DNA from: Myxococcota bacterium
Lineage (GTDB): Bacteria; Myxococcota; JACRCW01
Assembly: GCA_040752415.1 (NCBI GenBank)
Contig: JBFMGU010000189.1
Location: 1-20,831, forward strand
DNA length: 20,831 bases
Direction: 5' to 3'
Shown: piece after piece, positions 17,324 to 20,831 of the stretch
Numbering within the stretch: position 1 is the first letter of the stretch
How the letters are laid out: every line of letters starts with the position of its first letter
Notes under the pieces: generated by a model
What the model was told of the DNA's origin: nothing
The model's database searches: none
The model's input: the letters and a program-made list of their open reading frames with translations, nothing else
Translations under genes and position numbers: made by a program

Positions 17324-18037
17324 CTACCGCTCGCCGCGCACCGCGGCCAGCCAAGCGCCGATGCCGTCCAGCACCCGGTCCAGGCCGAAGGCGAAGCGCT
17401 CGGCGTGGTCGGGGTCGGCGCCATCGACGACGCGCGCCCGCAGGTGCGGGTAGTCGCCGCCGGCCAGTGCTTCGCGCAGGTACGGGCCGATGGTGCGGCG
17501 CCACTCGTCCTCGGTGAGCCCACTGTTCCGCTCGGCGCGGCGCTCGGCCAGCTCCCGCTGGACCGCGCCGAACGTGAACGACATCACTGCGTCGAGCAGC
17601 GCGGCGGCCCGGTCGATGTCCTGGTCGGCCTGGCGGGCGATGGCCAGCGAGGCCTCGGTCTGGCGCAGCGCGTTCGGGCCGAAGCGGGGCCGGGTGGGCG
17701 CCTCGAACGCGAGCCATGGATGGGCCAGCAGGATCCGCCGGGTGCGGCCGGCCAGCGCGCGCAGGTCGGCGCGCCAGTCGCCGGTGGGTGCCGGCGGCGG
17801 CTCGCTGCCCCACGCGGCGTCCACGATCAGCTCCACCACGTCGTCCCGGCCGGACACGTGCCGGTACAGCGACATCGTGCCGGCGCCGAGCTCGGCGGCG
17901 AGCCGCCGCATGGACACCGCGGCCAGCCCCTCCGCGTCGGCCAGCCGCAGCGCCGCCGCCGCGATCCGGTCACCGTCCAGCCCGGCCCGCCGTCGCTCCG
18001 CCGCCCGCCGCCAGATCCGCCCCGGGTCATCCACCAT
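17324..18037 (-). CDS. TetR/AcrR family regulator with TetR_C-type ligand domain
   Basis: AGGAGG RBS; HTH EGLAAVSMRRLAAELGAGTMSLYRHV; HPWL; FAFGLDRVLDG. Confidence 0.95.
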   Translation of the reverse strand: MVDDPGRIWRRAAERRRAGLDGDRIAAAALRLADAEGLAAVSMRRLAAELGAGTMSLYRHVSGRDDVVELIVDAAWGSEPPPAPTGDWRADLRALAGRTRRILLAHPWLAFEAPTRPRFGPNALRQTEASLAIARQADQDIDRAAALLDAVMSFTFGAVQRELAERRAERNSGLTEDEWRRTIGPYLREALAGGDYPHLRARVVDGADPDHAERFAFGLDRVLDGIGAWLAAVRGER

Positions 18038-18045
18038 GCGTCGGC

Positions 18046-18112
18046 CTCCTTGCGTACAGCTTACTGGATGCGTACGGTGTACCCAATCGATGCGTACGGT
18101 GTACGCAAGGAG
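18046..18112. promoter_or_regulatory. Divergent control region with TetR operators TGCGTAC-N3-GTACGCA
   Basis: Perfect palindrome at 18091-18107, one-mismatch copy at 18069-18085, degenerate copy at 18051-18067; a 13 bp perfect inverted repeat 18046-18058/18100-18112 includes both RBS cores. Confidence 0.9.
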
Positions 18113-18117
18113 ACCCG

Positions 18118-19716
18118 ATGGAACAGGTGGATGTGCTGGTGGTCGGCGGCGGCACGGTGGGGCTGACGGCGGCCGCATTCCTGGCCAAGCACGGGGTACC
18201 GCCGCTGGTGGTGGAGCGGCACGCCGGCCCGAACGTGCACCCGCGCGCCACTGGCGTGGCGCTCCGCACCGTCGAGCTGCTCCGCGAGCTGGGCGCCGAG
18301 CAGGCGCTGAACGAGCTGGCCGTGGACCTGTCCAGCGCGTTCGGCAAGGCGTCCGCGCGCACCGTCCGCGAGCTCGACCGGGCCGAGCTGCCCGCGCACC
18401 GCGCGGTCCGCCGGGCGACGACCGATGAGAACGCCGCGATCAGCCCGTCCCACCTGCGCGGCACCTGCGCCCAGGACCGGTTGGACACCGTGCTGCTGGC
18501 CGAAGCCACCCGCCGCGGCTCCGAAGTCCGCTACGGCACCGAACTGGTCGCCCTCGACCAGCACCCCGGCCACGTCACCGTCACCCTGCGCGGCCCGGCC
18601 GGCGACGCAACGGTGGAGGCCGCCTACGTGGTCGCCGCGGACGGTGCGGGCAGCACCGTGCGGCGGCTGCTCGGCATCCGGGAGTCCGGCCCGGGGCCCC
18701 TCGGTGACTGGGTGCTCAACATCCTGTTCGAGGCCGACCTGGCGCCGCTGCTCGGCGACCGCCGGTTCGCGCTGTGCCAGATCGCCCACCCGGACGCCCC
18801 CGGCCTGGTGGTAGCGATCGACGGCGAGCGCCGCTGGGTGTTCCACGCCAACGCCGCCGCGGCCGACGCCGGCCCCGAGGCGTGCCGCGCGCTGGTCCAC
18901 ACCGCGCTGGGCGACCCCAGTCTCGACGTCAAGATCGTCAGCGCGCTCCGCTGGCGCCCGCAGTCGCGGCTCGCCGACCGGTTCCGGGACGGCCGGGTGT
19001 TTCTGGCCGGTGACTCCGCGCATGCGATCTCGGCGCTCGGCGCGTTCGGCATGAACACCGGCATCGCCGACGCCCACAACCTGGCCTGGAAGCTGGCCCA
19101 CGTGCTCCAGGGCCGCGCCGGCGCCCCGCTCCTCGACACCTACGAGCAGGAACGCCGACCCGTCGCGGCCATCACCAGCGAGCAGGCCCTGCTGCGCGCG
19201 TCCCACCCCGAGCTGCACTGGGACCGCGGCCCCGGCACGGCCGCCCGCCGCGCCGCCGTGGGCATGCTCAACGCCCCGGTCGTCGTCCTCGGCTATCGCT
19301 ACACCTCCACCGCCGTCCGCGGCACCGAACCGCTGCCCTCCACCGAGGACATCACCGCCGACCTCGACGGCTCCCCCGGCACCCGCGTCCCCCACGTCTG
19401 GCTGAACCGAGCGGACACGCGGCTGTCCACACTGGACCTGGTGGCCGGTCGCTGGACGCTGCTGGTTGGGCCGGAGGGGACGACCTGGCAGCAGGCGACC
19501 GCCGAGGCCGCCCGGCACGCCGGCACGGAGCTGGCCTGCTACCGGATCGGTGTCGACGTCGAGGATCCGGAGGACCGCTTCCCGACCGCGGCCGGCATCC
19601 GTCGGGAGGGGGCTTTGCTCGTCCGGCCGGACGGTTTCGTCGGCTGGCGCTCACCTACCGCCGCCGGCGCTCCCGAGTTGCCCGCCGTCCTGGCCACCCT
19701 GATCGGCCGTCGGTGA
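18118..19716 (+). CDS. FAD-dependent aromatic monooxygenase (FAD_binding_3, RdmE/TcmG-like)
   Basis: AAGGAG RBS; VVGGGTVG, VVAADGAGS, FLAGDSAH...GMNTGIADAHNLAWKL, PGTRVPHVW and LLVRPDGFVGWR motifs. Confidence 0.95.
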   Translation: MEQVDVLVVGGGTVGLTAAAFLAKHGVPPLVVERHAGPNVHPRATGVALRTVELLRELGAEQALNELAVDLSSAFGKASARTVRELDRAELPAHRAVRRATTDENAAISPSHLRGTCAQDRLDTVLLAEATRRGSEVRYGTELVALDQHPGHVTVTLRGPAGDATVEAAYVVAADGAGSTVRRLLGIRESGPGPLGDWVLNILFEADLAPLLGDRRFALCQIAHPDAPGLVVAIDGERRWVFHANAAAADAGPEACRALVHTALGDPSLDVKIVSALRWRPQSRLADRFRDGRVFLAGDSAHAISALGAFGMNTGIADAHNLAWKLAHVLQGRAGAPLLDTYEQERRPVAAITSEQALLRASHPELHWDRGPGTAARRAAVGMLNAPVVVLGYRYTSTAVRGTEPLPSTEDITADLDGSPGTRVPHVWLNRADTRLSTLDLVAGRWTLLVGPEGTTWQQATAEAARHAGTELACYRIGVDVEDPEDRFPTAAGIRREGALLVRPDGFVGWRSPTAAGAPELPAVLATLIGRR

Positions 19717-19756
19717 GACAAGGCATTTCAAAGCGATCGAATGAGGCAAGCGCGCG

Positions 19757-20428
19757 TCACAGCGACGCGAGCGCCTGGCGCGCCACCTCGGCGGCGTCCT
19801 GCGCCGGGCGCGTGCCGGGCCCGCTGAACACGCCCTGCAGCCGCCCGCTGCCGTCGACGACGGCGAGCGCGGCGGTCTTGAGCGGCAGCCCGACCCCGAG
19901 CGCGGCGAAGTGCTTGCCGTTGTAGTCCGGCAGGAACCACACCATGTCCTCGACATCGGCGGGAATCGGTTTGCCCGCACGCGCGAAGCGCTCCTTGAAC
20001 TGGCGCACCGCGTTGCCGCGCAGGGTCGCAATCGCGCTGCGCGCCACGGGCAGGAGGATGCGCGGCACGTCGGTGCCGTCGAGAACGACGACCAGCAGCA
20101 CCCGCGGGTCGCCGGCAAAGCTCTCGCCCAGCGTCTGCGCGAGCAGCTGCGCGTGATCCCGCACCCCGCGCGAGGCGCACAGCATGCACAGCACCCGGCC
20201 GCGCAGCGCGGCGAGGTCGAAGGGGCGGCCGCGGCTGTCCTCGGTGCGCAGGGTGATGGGCTTGCCGGCGGGCAGCGCGACGTCGGGAATCGGCAGCGCG
20301 GGCGGGGGGCTGACCGCGTGGCTCTCGGGGCCGTCGTCCATCGGCGGCAGGAACAGCGACGCGTCGAAGAAGGTGCGCGCCTCCTCGAACGGGTAGGAAG
20401 GGCAAGAGGGTGTGAGAATCCGGCACAC
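19757..20428 (-). CDS. Hypothetical protein with thioredoxin/AhpC-like fold; start uncertain (20428 or 20341) or 5'-truncated
   Basis: EDSRGRPFDLAALRGRVLCML, PDYNG...ALG, AVVDGSGRL pattern; high-GC3 codons only from ~20397 downward. Confidence 0.65.
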   Translation of the reverse strand: MCRILTPSCPSYPFEEARTFFDASLFLPPMDDGPESHAVSPPPALPIPDVALPAGKPITLRTEDSRGRPFDLAALRGRVLCMLCASRGVRDHAQLLAQTLGESFAGDPRVLLVVVLDGTDVPRILLPVARSAIATLRGNAVRQFKERFARAGKPIPADVEDMVWFLPDYNGKHFAALGVGLPLKTAALAVVDGSGRLQGVFSGPGTRPAQDAAEVARQALASL

Positions 20429-20481
20429 TCCCTTGTGCTCCTTCTGTAGGGTGTTGGCGGGCGGCTCCGCTGGAGCTCGGA

Positions 20482-20781
20482 TTGCCTTTGCGCTACGTCT
20501 ACGACCTGTCAGGGCGTCTCATTGCCGAGGTAAGCGGGCTTACGGGCGAAGTTGCCCGGGAGATTGTGTACCTCAACGGCGAACCACTGGCGCTGCGCGT
20601 GCACCCCCGGGCGGCATTGGCCGGCCCGGGTTGTGCCACGGGGTGCTCAGGAACGAGCGGTCAAGGTTGGCCAATGAACGCCTTGGTGATGGCGTTGCCA
20701 CTTTTCGGTCCTTCGCCCATTCGTGACGGTGACGACGTGGGCATGAGTGGTGAGCCGTGGCAGTATCCCCCGACCACATAG
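20482..20781 (+). pseudogene. RHS/YD-repeat protein remnant
   Basis: RYVYDLSGRLIAEVSGLTGEVAREIVYLNGEPLA is a typical RHS core segment. There is no ATG before it, an in-frame stop at 20413-20415, and similarity decays before the stop at 20781. Confidence 0.7.
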
Positions 20782-20831
20782 CCTGGCCATAGGCTGGCGG
20801 GAGGACGACGTGGACGCGGCGAAGCTTGTTG

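Noticed and set aside
16718..18037. TetR-P450 fusion through amber readthrough (the two are in the same frame across TAG 17324-17326)
   Set aside because: Sharing a frame is a one-in-three coincidence, the TetR ends at its normal C-terminus, half a P450 would not fold, and no recoding signal is evident.
17716..18178. Long N-terminal extensions of the monooxygenase (17716) and TetR (18178) in the ORF track
   Set aside because: They overlap the opposite gene. RBSs and family motifs support starts at 18118 and 18037.
267..19518. Many long alternative-frame and antisense ORFs (e.g. 267-1664, 2751-4568, 4379-5944, 8935-10434, 14200-16155, 18061-19518)
   Set aside because: Shadow ORFs expected in high-GC DNA; Arg/Gly/His-rich, motif-free and overlapping well-supported genes.

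Overview
High-GC bacterial DNA. Positions 1-16700 look myxobacterial (Myxococcota-like; inferred from gene families and Cys-rich secreted proteins). In order they hold a secreted propeller-like protein, a Zn-dependent histone-deacetylase-family enzyme with a long C-terminal extra domain, and a ~430 bp structured intergenic repeat region with two interleaved inverted repeats plus direct repeats. Then come two tandem paralogous membrane proteins with a small membrane protein, a DUF547 protein, two lipoproteins (one SdiA-regulated/YjiK-like), a 1147-aa Cys-rich surface lipoprotein, a YceI + four-CXXCH cytochrome c fusion coupled to a lipoprotein, and a DUF2721 protein. Positions ~16700-20831 are a mosaic: a 5'-truncated cytochrome P450, an intact actinobacterial-type TetR / FAD monooxygenase divergon with clear operators, a thioredoxin-like ORF and a short RHS remnant. 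The best candidates for something undescribed are the YceI-multiheme cytochrome fusion and the crossed inverted-repeat element. All family assignments come from motif recognition by eye; no database searches were run.
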